From Takakia lepidozioides (taxonomy: Eukaryota > Plantae > Bryophyta): a stretch of 64,000 nt of DNA. The first letter of the stretch is position 1. Each line of letters opens with the position of its first letter. Made by a program: the position numbers and the translations under genes. The stretch lies in NCBI GenBank assembly GCA_030704615.1, contig CM060732.1, positions 47,368,001-47,432,000 of the forward strand. Reading direction: 5' to 3'. Positions 1-13,100 of the stretch are shown in pieces. Under the pieces are notes generated by a model. That model was not told the DNA's origin and ran no database searches. It saw only the letters and a program-made list of their open reading frames with translations.

Positions 1-515
1 TTCTAGGTTGGGTACCCAGGCATCCAAAGCGCCAAGGCCTTGTGCCAACGAAAAATGAAGGAGGGGGTGGCCATTGCACACACAAAACACAAACAAACGA
101 GGCTGCTCAATGGAGGTGGCAGGTAGCGCAGGAAGGAGAAGGTGGAGTTTGCAGAACGAGCGCGAAACCCAGCCCTCGGGCAGTGCCATCTTGGCAGCCC
201 GTGCCTCATCACCCCTGTATGGCCTCCCGCCGCAAAACCCCACCGGCTTCGTCATACGGGCCTGCCACGTCGCCCGTCAACCTGCCGGCGTGCCCCCCTC
301 CACCAAAAATCCTGCACCCCCCATGCTTCCAAAACTTACTGACGACGGAGAAATTATCTGTTGGGGGCGCCATGAAGTGCTGCGTGTGCAGGACATTGGG
401 GGCTACAATTTTCATTCAGGCGGTGTCTTCATCGGAGTTCATTCGGCGAAGTTGCGGCTGGATGAAAAACTGAGGCGACACGTTTCGGGTCGCCTCGTCA
501 TTTAGGGGTTAAGGG
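1..515. mobile_element. Right end of a putative piggyBac-like element (left end outside the window)
   Basis: A GC-rich segment ends in ...GGGGTTAAGGG|TTAA (516-519). Its reverse complement (CCCTTAA...GCGACCCGAA) resembles the left end of the 1258-2086 element (CCCTTAA...GCGACCTGAA). Confidence 0.45.
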
Positions 516-559
516 TTAATCCCCAATGGCTGCATTAATCAGTTTAGAAAGTGGACTTC

Positions 560-700
560 TATTAAAGGCTATAATTGTGGTTGCCCAACTCTCCCCCAAA
601 GATTCCAAATCCCTCATATATTCACATTTAAGTTTGATCCAGATACCCCCTTTATATAGCTTATAGGTTGGTTATAATGGATGACATCCAATATACACCT
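560..700. repeat. Left arm of a degenerate long inverted repeat (partner at ~4935-5080)
   Basis: TATAATGGATGACATCCAAT (673-692) is the exact reverse complement of ATTGGATGTCATCCATTATA near 4942. The flanking CCCCCTTT and AAAGGGGG blocks also match in inverted order. Confidence 0.5.
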
Positions 701-1257
701 ACATATGTCTCATCCTTCTTTCTCCAAAAAGACGCAAGGAAACTCAGTTCTATCCATTGATAATCTCTTCATGATTAGAGCAACAGGTGGTTGCATTGAG
801 GGATTTACCAGCTCTCGTCCAGTAGTGTGACTGTCAAATATCTGCAGAGGACCTCACCAATAACGCAGGTTTCAACACAATTATCTATGACCTGCAAAGA
901 GCAATTTGTTGATTGTTGACGGGGACAAGCCTGAAGATAGTCCAGTTCTATCATTCTATACGACCGTTTACTACGTGAGACTGACTTTGACTTCTATACT
1001 GTCTATACCAAGAAATTATTTTACCAAATAGCTCATTATCTATATATGCGGATATTCTAACTTTTGGTGACAATTTTAGTAGACCCATTTATACTATTTT
1101 GATGTATTTTATGATTTTTTTAGGTGAAATTTTGTGTTAACTTATATATATCTAGTTTTAGATTTAAATTTTAGTATGTTAGCTAAAAATTATACATTTG
1201 GTTAAGAACATTTAACTGTATTTCAAAATATAGATATACAATAATTTTCCATTTTAA

Positions 1258-2086
1258 CCCTTAAGTTCCCAAGCGACCTGAATCGGGTCACTTTGAATTT
1301 GCAGTTCGACCTAATTTTTGCAGATCTAATCTGATGGGGCCCACTCCTGAAGCGTTAATGACAAAGGATTTGTCTCGAGTATGATGCAAAAAACAAAATT
1401 TAAAAAAAAACAAAAGCTACGACCTACAAAAAATATCTTAGATCTCTCATTTACGTTTTGGGGCCTGAAAAGGGCTTGTTGACCGCTGACGTGGCAGGTA
1501 AACAAGCCCAAAACAGATTGCACTCCAAAGGCCATTTTTGGCATAAAATTAGCAATTTTGGAAAAAGTGCTTCACCTTGTGGTGTGTGAGCATTACATAC
1601 ACACATCCACCATTGGCTTTTAAAAATTTTGTAGAAAAAAAGTACTTCATTTGGAGGCACATTTTCTCTTGTCAATTTTGAGATTTCAACCCCCATGTAA
1701 TTGCATGCATAGCAAGCATAGGTGAAAAAATCAGTTGGACCTGCAATTTAGTGGGGTCATAGCCACTCCACTATTGATTTGGAAATGGTGGGTCTTGGGG
1801 CAAGCAAAATTGGATAAAGCTAGGTTTTGATTTGGTCAAACCAATTTCTTTCTCACTTTTTCTTTGGGACCTGATATTTGAGGTCCGGGCCAACGCTATA
1901 ATCTCACAATTTCAACGGTGGACTTGGCTCATTTTTTGGTATGTCATGCATAAATGAGCTGGGCCCAATTTTTGCTATAAGGCTGGAATCTCTGGATGAT
2001 TTTTGGTAGGTTTCTAGGGGCAATTTACTGCAGCTGGGTACCCAAAATTGGTAAAAAGTCAAAAAAAGGGCTTGGGAACTTAAGGG
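1258..2086. mobile_element. Non-autonomous piggyBac-like element (MITE)
   Basis: Perfect 17-bp TIRs, CCCTTAAGTTCCCAAGC (1258-1274) and GCTTGGGAACTTAAGGG (2070-2086), with TTAA on both sides (1254-1257, 2087-2090). No credible coding capacity. Confidence 0.8.
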
Positions 2087-4934
2087 TTAATACTTCCGGA
2101 CACAAATTCTATGCTTACAGTATGAGTTATCTTTGCACATGTCACTAGAGTACATCTTATGTAAATATCATGACATGGATCTTGTGCGACTTACACCTTT
2201 TATTATTGCTTGTATCTCCCCTCACTTTTGTCACAATCAAGTATAGATTAGAACTTGTTTACAAATGAGGTAGTAACTAGTAACCCCGTTGGACAAAAGT
2301 AGGTCAGTGTAGGACCACATGCCCTAGGACTTGGAGATTTTGAGCTATTCATAGTTTCTATAAGTGGCATCAATATGTGGGGCTTGAATGGTAGTCTGAG
2401 TTAGATATTTGAGCATGCACCTTACTAGTGCCAAAACAGTTCAGCATTATCCCATATCGACTGATGGCTCTAAGTCTAGTCGTGATTTATAAATGATGAC
2501 CATGTCATCGTATTTCTGTGCGTTTGATGCGACTGTTGTGCCCCGTCATGTCCCGACGTATTCGTGCCACACGCATGGAATCTAAATCATCACCTCAAAC
2601 ATAGTGCGAATCCAACGAGGGCGACAATGAGGGCTCTTCTTTGATTGTCCATGTTTGATTTCCAACCCGCTTCTTCACTCAACACGCTAGTATGATCTAA
2701 TGACTACAAGCCTTAGAAAAAGTGTCATCCAGAATTGTGGTTTTGCAGTTTTCAAAAACTTTTTTGGCATTCATCTATACCTTCTTGTAAGGGAGGACTG
2801 CACAGATGAATTTGCATTCTGAAAAAAATCCAGCTTCCATGTAGCTTTCTATCTTTTAGTGTGGTGGAATTTCCATTATTCCCCCCTCATTAGACATACA
2901 AATGGGCCACTTGAAATTTTCAGATCTTGGTAAATTTGGAGAGGACACCTGTAACCCTGCTTCATTTCTGAATATGGAGGTCCATGCCTCAGGAAAAAAT
3001 ATCAAGTCAGCAAATCACCTTGGTCAAACTGCATTTTTTCAGCAATTTGTATGTGGATTTTTGCTATAATTTACCAATTCTGACGGTTGATCAATTCCAG
3101 TGTTGGACCGATATACGTATTTTTTAAATACCAGATTGGTCCTGGTATGAAGGATCTGATCCCTTATGCATACTAGGCTGGTAAGGGTACAGTGGCAGGT
3201 ATGACCTGGTAGAGTATTAATGGTATCAATAGGGTAAGAGGACTTGTAAAATGGATAGTATATGAGTATGGTATTGGTATTGAATTTTTTGATATTCATA
3301 TTGGGGGTATATGAACATTGGTATGGTATAACTTCTCTTAAGCTTCTGAAGCACCAACCAGAGGCTGCAAAGGCGATCACAATAAAACAAGAGAAGTCCT
3401 AATGGACCGCATTAAAAGTCGAGGGCAATTTGGCTGCCAAAGGAGATTTTTGTAATTCGGCGCAGTCACGAATCATTTCATTGAAGAAAGTTTGTTGTGC
3501 AACATGGGTGCTCAACCCTAACGCCCTCTCCCTACTTGTACTGAGCTCCATTGCCGCTTGCAACCCTCAATAATGGTATCGCATGCAGTATAAGAATAGC
3601 GATAACCAGGCTAGTCTGTATCGACGAGCAAATCCTTAATTCAATATCCACCCCAGTAGGTTATACACCTGGGTATAATGTTCTTTCATACCAGTAGGGT
3701 ATGGTTCTTCATACCATTACTCATACCTTTACTGAATACTTAGGTCTGACCATATATACCGGTCACTGGTGAATTCTTCCAAATTTTTGTGAGGAGGTGG
3801 ATGTAGTAGGTAGCTAAATGTTGGTAAGGTTCATTTCTGTGGATGAATCTCCATCGGCTGATAGAGCCTCATCCATGATAGTAGGTCATGTTCTTGGGGG
3901 CGGCCACCCAAAGTGCTCATGGGGCTTAGGGGTTAAAGATTTGAAGCTAGATTCGCCAGGGTGCCACTAACTGCACCATCCAACAAATTGCTACGCGATA
4001 GTATAGTCAGACAATTATTTGCTAGGGGCCAGTCTCCCCACTTTAAGCCTACACGGCCTCATGGTGGTTATTTTTTCCTCCCCCTCTAATCTATTGGGCT
4101 CCATCCCTTTATGTATATGTATATATGCCATTAGTACTAGCTCACAATACTATATTGTTTATTAACATTTTGATATTTTGGGGGCTGTTGGAAACAAGTT
4201 GGGCACCAATGTGTTATTAGTTATTTTTCCCTAAGTTATTCTATCATGGAGGACAAGCATACTAGAAGACTAGGAATGGTTGAAATAATTAGGTGATGTT
4301 GATTCCCGAAAAGATATTTGGAGATATTTGTAGAATGCCGGACATTATGTTCTCAAATTAAAGAAAAAATAAATAGGAAGGATAAAATGAAATCAGGTCG
4401 GTCATTTTAGGTACACATGGACACATAAACTGATTCATGTGAAGATAGTTGATTTTTTATTGTATAGTACAGGGCTTGAAAGTTGATAAAAGAGACCACA
4501 AAATATTTGAATGACTAGGTATGTATGTATGAGCCGATAGGTCATGTTAAATTATGTGAGATTCTTTTTGTCCATTTCATAAATATTAGAACCGGATCAG
4601 ATGAAAAATTAACCATTCAAAATAAATGATTGGCAATGAGATAATTGGACAATATATATATAGTAAGAGGTGTCTACCTTCCCGTTTGGGGGGGGGGGGG
4701 GGGGGGGGCCAGTAGCCCTTTAGGATCAAGTGACACCATAGTTATGCTTGCTTTGGAATCCACCTATCTCTCTTTCTCTCCTTCTGTGGAGAGAGAGATA
4801 GGTGTATATATATATATTGTAAATGTTGTTATGTACCATTGAATTCACTGTGAATGTTACTACACATTCCGGTATGCTATATATATTTATATATATAAAT
4901 TTCCTCATAAGGTCATGGGTTCAAAGCACACGTG

Positions 4935-5080
4935 TCACAACATTGGATGTCATCCATTATAGCTAGCCTAGCTATAAAAGGGGGTCATTGGGTCAACCAG
5001 TCACATATTGTGACTTTCAAGTCTTCGGGGGAGGTGGGGTCTGTGTTGCCTAAGTTATGGCCGTGTCCGGAAGGCAATAG
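4935..5080. repeat. Right arm of a degenerate long inverted repeat (partner at ~560-700)
   Basis: Reverse-complement similarity to 560-700, including a 20-bp exact match. Confidence 0.5.
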
Positions 5081-5719
5081 CCCTTCTCGATGAATTGACA
5101 CCATAATCTATTGTTGCTTTGACAAAGTGACTGTTAATGGGTGGGTAGACATCATGTGAGTTGTGTCCGCATATGTTGGCACAATATTCTATGCATATAG
5201 GCCCCATCACACCTAAACACTTTTTCCCAACTTCCAGGATTTTTTATATCGATGCCTCCTTGAATCGTGACAAGGCATTTTTTTTTCATTTCTGCCTAGG
5301 CGTGGACGTGGCGATATTTTCTTGGGGTTAAGTGCAAAGGTGGCGAAAAGTACAATGTCCAACTGGATCGCACCTGGTTGAACTCTTTAGATCCAAGTGA
5401 TGCCGCGGCTTTGGATGAGTTTGTGGCTAATGACAATTAAACTTTTCTTTGGGTCCGGCATTTGACTTATGTATGGAGTGTTGTTTGTGTACCTGCTTTA
5501 AAATTTGTAATTATTTAAAAAGATAATTTAAAATAAGATCTAATTAATTGTTGCAAAAACAAATTATAAAAAAAATAGGGTATCAGGAAACAAAGGTTTT
5601 ACATTATGACCTAAAGATAGGGTGGAAAAAAATGTAAAATTTTAAAAATATAGCCTAGTATAAATATACCTTTGTACGCACGTGATATGGAAAAGATACA
5701 TATAGCGACCCCCTGTTCT

Positions 5720-5970
5720 TACTAGTGTGCGGCATGTGAGGTCCAGAATCCGCCCTTGGAGGCGGTTATTTATATTTTTTGCTAACAGGCGGTTGTGGTT
5801 AGATTGGAATTCAATATTGAAATAACCTTGTAGGCTGGTTACTTCAATTTATTGAATTTATAATAACCTGCCGGTTGCGGTTAAGAGTGGCATGTTTTTT
5901 CGGCCGGGTATCCATAAATCCGGTTATCATTTTCACTATAACTGAGGGTTATATATCCGGTTATATATTT
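5720..5970. repeat. Subterminal short-motif cluster of the hAT element
   Basis: Repeated CCGGTT/GGTTAT/ATAACC motifs just downstream of the minus-strand hAT transposase, as typical of hAT subterminal regions. Confidence 0.45.
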
Positions 5971-6271
5971 ATATTTAAAAAAATACAATATAGAATTATA
6001 GCTGAAAATATAAATATTTTTTCAAGCCTACATTAGTACAAATAGATCTGACCGGCATATATATTTTAGATATATGACACATGCATATGGAATTATGAAT
6101 TGGGCTCATCCAAGGGGGATCTCAAAAAATACCATGTCCTATCATAATATTTCAATGCCCTGGCAAGCTCATTCATGAATCTTCTATGTCAAGAAATTCT
6201 TCCCGCTCACAACATCCTCAAATTCCTCCTCGGTTGTTCCGTTAAGTCAAATTCAACCTCTTTCAAATGAT

Positions 6272-8340
6272 TCAAATCTTTGTTGGTAGAACACCCAAGT
6301 CTAGGATCATCAGCCAATTTTTCGCCACGAAAATCATCTTGTCCAAATTATCCGTTTGTAAACGACAACGGTGGAGTGCTATAAGAATTCCAGCAATGGA
6401 AAAGATTTGTTCTGTCTCAATTTGAGACCCAACGATAGCAAGAATCTGTCGTGCCAAGTAAGCCAATGTCGGGAACTTCAATTCATTGGTCTTCCACCAA
6501 AGCAATAGAGCTTTGCATTGTTCCTCGTCAAGTGCGCAACGCCTGAATAAAGAAACCTCATGATCTACTATCTCTCGGGTAGTTTCAGCACTAGTTTCTG
6601 CTGTAGCAAATAGGTCATGGTTGCTTCCCATCAACTGTGTTGGAACAACATCAATAGGTCCGGACGGGAACAAAACAACATAACACTTCAGCAACATGGG
6701 CCGTAAAAACTGCTCATCATACTGTCCCACTACGCGCATGGCTACATCCCGACCCACCAAACTTGAGACTAGGCCAAGGCCTTTGAAACGTGGATCTAGC
6801 ATCAAAGCTAACATATTGTGAGCTTTGTACTTATCAAACTTGTGCATGAAGGCCAAGAATGGTGCTAGGACTTCAACTACTTCTTGTTTCATCTTCACAG
6901 TAAAATCCAACAACTCGATATCAAAGCTATGTGGCTGAATCAAACCGGTTGACCGGCCTATTTGCAATTTCAGAGTGAAACTTTAAGGTAATAGTAATAG
7001 CTGCATTAAGGGCATCGGTAAGTAACCAATGCCCACGACTCTGGTTCAAGACAGAAAGTACTTACAAAGATGACAAGACATCCACAACGCTTTGAGCAAT
7101 AGCCCACGTTTTTGTTGTGGGAACCTGGGATGCAAGTGCCACAGTCTGCCGACTGTAACAAAGATTTATGGTAGCACGAAATCGAAGAAAAAAGGATAAC
7201 ACGGCTAGCAAATCTGCACTCGCTGAGCCCAAATGAATTAGATTATTACATCTGAAATTTAGAATTACCTGCACATGCCTGCACGGGTAGTATTGCAACT
7301 AACATACAAACATGTGATTAATTTTCTGATTAATACTTGGTTCTAAACATGTCTGAAAAATGCAATCTGCAATTCTCATTACCAGAAATTGCCTCGGTGA
7401 ATAAGTATATAGAACTAATATTAATAAAGACACCTCCATAAGCCCATCCGAGCAAGGCTAGAGCAAGGGGAGGTAATTTAGATTAGAAAAAAGCATCAAA
7501 ACAAAATACATTGAAAACATATAAGGTCTAGAACATCTACAAGACCCAAAGCGAAACCTTACCTTGTCTTTACGGGTGTATTCAGTTTGCGAGGCCGCAT
7601 GTTAGAATCCATACACGCCTTATGCCATTCTTGGCAGCCCTTGCCAGATTTTTTTGGCCACGTAATGCACTTTTATCTCAGCTTGAGCATGTTTAATCGA
7701 TACATAAAACAACCCTTGACAGACTTTGTCGTCGTTCGTAGGATATTGACATGCTTTGGACATAGCATGGTCCAAAACAATGATCCTTGAAATGGTTAGG
7801 TCAAGGCTAGACTGTCACAAGTGACCACATATCTCAAAGCTTGTGTTATGTAGCTAGATTGGACCCCTCATCCTTGATGAAACAAATGATTTTTTTTGGT
7901 AAGGCCCAATTTCTCAAGGAGCTCCTTTAATTTGACAGCCATAGCTGCACCAGTAGTTTCTGTAGCTTCAAACAACCCGAGTTGGTTGTATGTGCTTCGG
8001 TTCCCAATCAGCGGTAAGAAAGTTCACTACAAGGGCGAACACGTCATATGCCCTTTTGACATCCATAGATCAAAGCTTGCTGTAGCATAAATGCATGTGG
8101 GAAAGACAGGTAGGATATAAGTCTCCAAAGTTTGACTTACCATGGAGGAGGATGTCATCAGTAAATGCTTTCTTGGATTGAAAGACTATTCTTGGGCATA
8201 ATCGGAGGACCAGCCTCTGCAACCAGATATTCTCCACTGTCCTTAGCGGAAAATAGCCTTTGATAATAAACAGGATCAGATCTCCCAGAAACCCTACTTG
8301 TTGCGGATTATCCTTCCTAAATGGATCAACAGCTCCAAAG
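6272..8340 (-). pseudogene. hAT-family transposase remnant
   Basis: ORF 6272-6967 has LMLDPRFK and the hAT dimerisation domain (WWKTNELKFPTLAYLARQILAI..SQIETEQIFSIAG). Upstream minus-strand fragments include YATASFDLWMSKG (~8050-8090, first catalytic Asp region). Interrupted by stops and frameshifts. Confidence 0.85.
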
Positions 8341-8842
8341 AAGGATGAAATTGTATAGAGATGAATGATGGAGGGATGGTCTCCTTCCAGGGATCATGAG
8401 TAGCCACAGGGGGGATCACAGAATACTAAAATGAGTAGAGAAGGGGTTGCAGGGTTTGGGGTTCACCTCTTGTGATTTCTTGTCATTAATTTCAGTAAAA
8501 TGTTTGCCCTATTTTCAAAACAAAGTACTAAATTACACATTTTCGTCTTTGTGTGCAGTATGCCATGTATACTCTTATGGTCTTCGACATTTGGCTGATC
8601 GGCCTAGAGCCTTTGACGAAAAGCCAACATCCAACTTTCCCTTCCCTGTCCAGGTGTCGCATCGGAAAGCCTTCACGGCGAGGTTACTGAGAGGTTATTT
8701 TCTCCTCTCACTATCAAGGGCCTGATTTGTGAGCTGTCGCTCCCAGGTGTTTTCTTTTTTGAAAAAAAATAAAAAAAAAATGGTGCCCCTCACATATGCA
8801 ACAGAGACCCCAAGTATTGGTACACTGACTTGGACACTGACT

Positions 8843-9342
8843 NNNNNNNNNNNNNNNNNNNNNNNNNNNNNNNNNNNNNNNNNNNNNNNNNNNNNNNNNN
8901 NNNNNNNNNNNNNNNNNNNNNNNNNNNNNNNNNNNNNNNNNNNNNNNNNNNNNNNNNNNNNNNNNNNNNNNNNNNNNNNNNNNNNNNNNNNNNNNNNNNN
9001 NNNNNNNNNNNNNNNNNNNNNNNNNNNNNNNNNNNNNNNNNNNNNNNNNNNNNNNNNNNNNNNNNNNNNNNNNNNNNNNNNNNNNNNNNNNNNNNNNNNN
9101 NNNNNNNNNNNNNNNNNNNNNNNNNNNNNNNNNNNNNNNNNNNNNNNNNNNNNNNNNNNNNNNNNNNNNNNNNNNNNNNNNNNNNNNNNNNNNNNNNNNN
9201 NNNNNNNNNNNNNNNNNNNNNNNNNNNNNNNNNNNNNNNNNNNNNNNNNNNNNNNNNNNNNNNNNNNNNNNNNNNNNNNNNNNNNNNNNNNNNNNNNNNN
9301 NNNNNNNNNNNNNNNNNNNNNNNNNNNNNNNNNNNNNNNNNN
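8843..9342. other. Assembly gap (500 N)
   Basis: Run of exactly 500 N, probably a placeholder, so the true size is unknown. Confidence 0.99.
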
Positions 9343-10114
9343 CCAACACAATCCCGACACCCACACAGTCCGTCACAGAGCCGGTCACAGTTTCAACAGC
9401 CAGTCACAGCTTGACACAGCTGTCACGACCATAGGGAACGGATAGCGGACAGGGAACGACTGTGGGGAACAACAACCCTGCAATGGAACATGTTTAGTTC
9501 ACGGCACGGTTAGTGAGGGAAACCGTTAGAACAACGGGTAGGAAGATAAAGCGGAAGCAAGGACTGAAAAGGGATTCTTGGAGCACTTCGGGGGGGAATC
9601 ACTGCTGGAAGGGAGGGGGAGGAGCACTTCTTGGGGAAGACTTCGTACATCACTGGGGGAAAGGAGGAGAGAGCGTATCTCTGAGCAGAAAGATGGAGAG
9701 CACGGAGTAGGAGGAGGATCTGTTGATGCTTAATGAATGCAGGCAGTAGAATTGTAATGTAGAGCAGATTAGAGACTCCATGGCTTCAGCCTGATACTTG
9801 ATAGATATTAATCTGATACAACACCTCATACTCACACTCTGTAGAGAGATCTGAGTGAAGCTGTGGAATGAATTGAGGAGTTGATGGAATCTGATAAATT
9901 GATGAAGCAAACTGATACTTAATTACCAGCAGTAAGGTAACTAGCTAACATGAATGCGGGAAGGAAACAAATAGGAAACACCCCCATGATACACTAGCTG
10001 TAGGTCATGACTGATTGTTCTGAGCGGGCTGAGTACTTAGAGATTTCCAACTCTTCTATCTTGGAGTTTTCCGCCTCGGATAGCGAGGGATGGGTGAGTA
10101 AAAGCCGCGCGACA
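9343..10114 (+). repeat. 5' LTR (partial)
   Basis: Matches the 3' part of 21510-22631 and ends ...GCCGCGCGACA, followed by the PBS. Confidence 0.92.
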
Positions 10115-10116
10115 TT

Positions 10117-10133
10117 TGGCGACCATACTGGGG
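10117..10133 (+). promoter_or_regulatory. Primer binding site
   Basis: TGGCGACCATACTGGGG lies 2 nt after the LTR-terminal CA. TGG complements tRNA CCA. It resembles the tRNA-Arg-type PBS of Tat/Ogre elements, but the tRNA identity is an inference. Confidence 0.8.
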
Positions 10134-10143
10134 GGACCTGGGT

Positions 10144-13100
10144 CATGAACAACCAGATGTGACAGGCATCTGGTGGGATCATGGTGGATGGAGAATTAAA
10201 GAATTTGATGGGAATCAAATTCCTTGTGAAACTGAGAAGGAAAGATTGTCCAAACGATTCTTCCAGAGGTTTTTGGAATTGCCAGACGGTTGTAAAGAAA
10301 ACATTCTTAAGAGAGTGCTGATGCTGACCCAGAGTGGGGTCTGGAGAAAGGAGTGATAAAGATTTATCAGGTGGCCTGTAGAGGAAGAGCACGTTGTTTA
10401 CCAACATTGGTTTATGTGATAGCATTGCTATCCATTAAACGAGTAGAGTTTGAAGGCTGGGAGGAAAGAAAGGTGAATGTTTACACTCATATGCATGAAG
10501 AGCTTGTACTGGTAAAGAATTGGATTCCAAAGGATATTTTGTGGATTAAACTCACACCAAGAACAGCTTTCCAGACTTGTTTGCCATATGGTTATATGGT
10601 AACGGAGACTTCAAGTTTAGCCCAAGGGTGGCATTGAAGCTTGAAAGAAACCCAGGCATATATGAGAGATATTACAGAAAGAGAGTTTTGGTTATTGCCA
10701 CATTAAAAAGAAATGAAAGACATGGGACATGAGTGATGAAAGAGAAGCTAGACGCCAGAGATATTCAGCAAAAAGGAAAGCTATCTGAAAGCTAATTATC
10801 CATATCTTTGGGAGAGAGGAATAGACATAGGGGAATCATTTGGACCTCTCACACCATTAAGATCAAAGAGTACATCACCCATAACAGAAGAACTAGAGTT
10901 GGATGCCACTCCTTCTGTTTCTTTGCAAGAAAGACGGAATTGGTACGGGAAGAAGATCAATCACGAGGTGAAAGATCTGAGGTACATCCCTGGATAAAAG
11001 ATTTGACAGAAATCTTTGATAAGAGTTGGCATGGAACACCCAAAAGCAGGAACTCATTTCTGAAGCGGAAGGTGAAGAAGGAGGAGAGGATGTGGCAGAG
11101 CCAACGGAGAGTTCAGACTCTCCAACACCATTGCAGTTGAGTTACATGAGTGAAGAAGAAACCCAAGGCAGAACTTGGAGGATGAAAACAGAGAGAAAAA
11201 AAATTGGAAGAGGAAGAAATGAAGAAGTAGACCCAACAGCTGAAGTTGAGACTACAACCCAGGACATCCCAACCACCGTTGGACCTGGATCAAGTTGAGC
11301 CACTTGGATCACACAGGCCAACGAAGGTGTCGGCTCAGGGGGATCAGCGGGCTGCCTGGATCTGGCTCTGGGGGGACAGGGAGTGTGGGAAGTAGTGCAA
11401 CTGAAGCTGGGAATACTGTGAATATCGTGGGGCCAAAAGCAGGGAGTGCTCAAGGGCCACCACTTGTTGGAAGATCCACCACAACAACAACAGGTCCAGA
11501 AGGACCAGCACCAGCAAGGTTGCCACACCTATCAGTGGGCAGAAAATAGGCCACAGATGGCGTTACAACCAACAACCAACAGGGCAAAACCACCTTTTCC
11601 AATATATTCAGGAAAAGGGGATCCCGATGTACACATTAGCCAATTTGAGCACATGTGTATAGTGAACAATGAGAATGGCGATGATGCCAAGATGAGATTG
11701 TTTCCTTGTTCACTTATAAAGAAAGCAAGTGAATGGTATGCAAGATTCCCTGATAATCATTTCCTAACCTGGAATGGCTTGAATACAGCATTCCGAAATA
11801 GGTTCAGGACAAGTAAAACTGAGATGAAGTGTATGGAAGTTTACAATAGTTAAAGCAAAAGAAGCATGAAACTGTTGAGGAGTAATGGAAAAGATGGAAT
11901 TGATGATGAAAAAGCTGGCTGCAGTACCAGCACCAGGGTTACAGAAGACTTGGTTTGTGAGTGGACTAAGACCAGAGTTGCAAAAGAAAGTGGATATGTT
12001 AGTTACCCCTAATTGGAGGAGGAGCATTGAAACTGCAAACAGAATTGAGCAATTGGGAATGCTCAGAGAGAGAAAAGTGATGAGGACTCTGAGGATGAAT
12101 CAGATGAAGAAGAAGAGCAAGAACTAAAAAGGAAGAGTAAGAGAAAGGAGAAGTTGAAGAGGGATAACTATGAGAAAAGATTGGAAGAAATCTTGAAGAA
12201 GTATGCCACAGAGGCTGCAACACATTGGAGGAAGGGTGTATGGTGTGCAAAGTGCCAGAATGAAGCCATACCACCACAGAATGCCACATGAAGGAGAAAC
12301 ACTGTACTATCTGTAAAATGGATACCATTCTACTGAGAATTGTTACTACAACAGAAGGACAGTTGCAAGAGAACCTAGGCAAGTAAGGGTGCATCAGGTG
12401 CAGCCCCAGCCAAGAAGAAACAATGATCAGGATCACTATGGTAGGTCTGGTGGTTATAACAATGGCATGGAAGGAGAGGTAATTCAAGAGGGAATTACCA
12501 AGGAAATTCCAGAGGCAACTATCAGGGTAATCCAAGGGGGAATTACCAGCCCGGGAATCAGGATTACAGAAATAATCCAAGAGCAGACCAAGGGCGAGGA
12601 CCCAATGGTGAAGAACTATGTTACTATTGTAATCAGCCAGGACATCGCAAGGCAGCCTGTTCATTCTGGATTAGACACCAGAATGAGATGAGAGCTCCTG
12701 TGAATGAGGGCCCAGTGGTGGCAGCTCACATGGTTAGGCCATGTGTTGTACCAGAAGTAAGTACATGATAGTAACAAGAAGTAAAGCCAAACTAATACCT
12801 CCAGTAGTAGAGGAAGAAGATGATAATGAAGGTGGCAGTGATATGCCTGAAGATGATGAGGCTTGGAGAGATGAGAAGGAACTGCACAAGGAAGTGGCAG
12901 ATACCATAAGGGAAATGCAGAAGAGTACTGATATTCCTGTGGCAGATTCCTCTGATTCTGATGGAGAAGAAAGTGAGTGAGGATGAAAGGAAGAAAGAAG
13001 ATGCAGACATGCAAAGTAATGAAGAGACTTTGGCTGAAGTAATATGCCAGACCAAAGCAGAGATTACCATTGGATAGCTATTGGCTGTGGCACCTTATTG

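Noticed and set aside
501-519. Telomeric repeat
   Set aside because: Only about two imperfect units; better explained as a piggyBac-like terminus plus TTAA.
3090-3780. hAT-type MITE with ATACC/GGTAT motifs
   Set aside because: Oriented short motifs are present, but I could not identify convincing TIRs or an 8-bp TSD.
8695-9445. ORFs spanning the N run
   Set aside because: Artefacts of translating through the gap.
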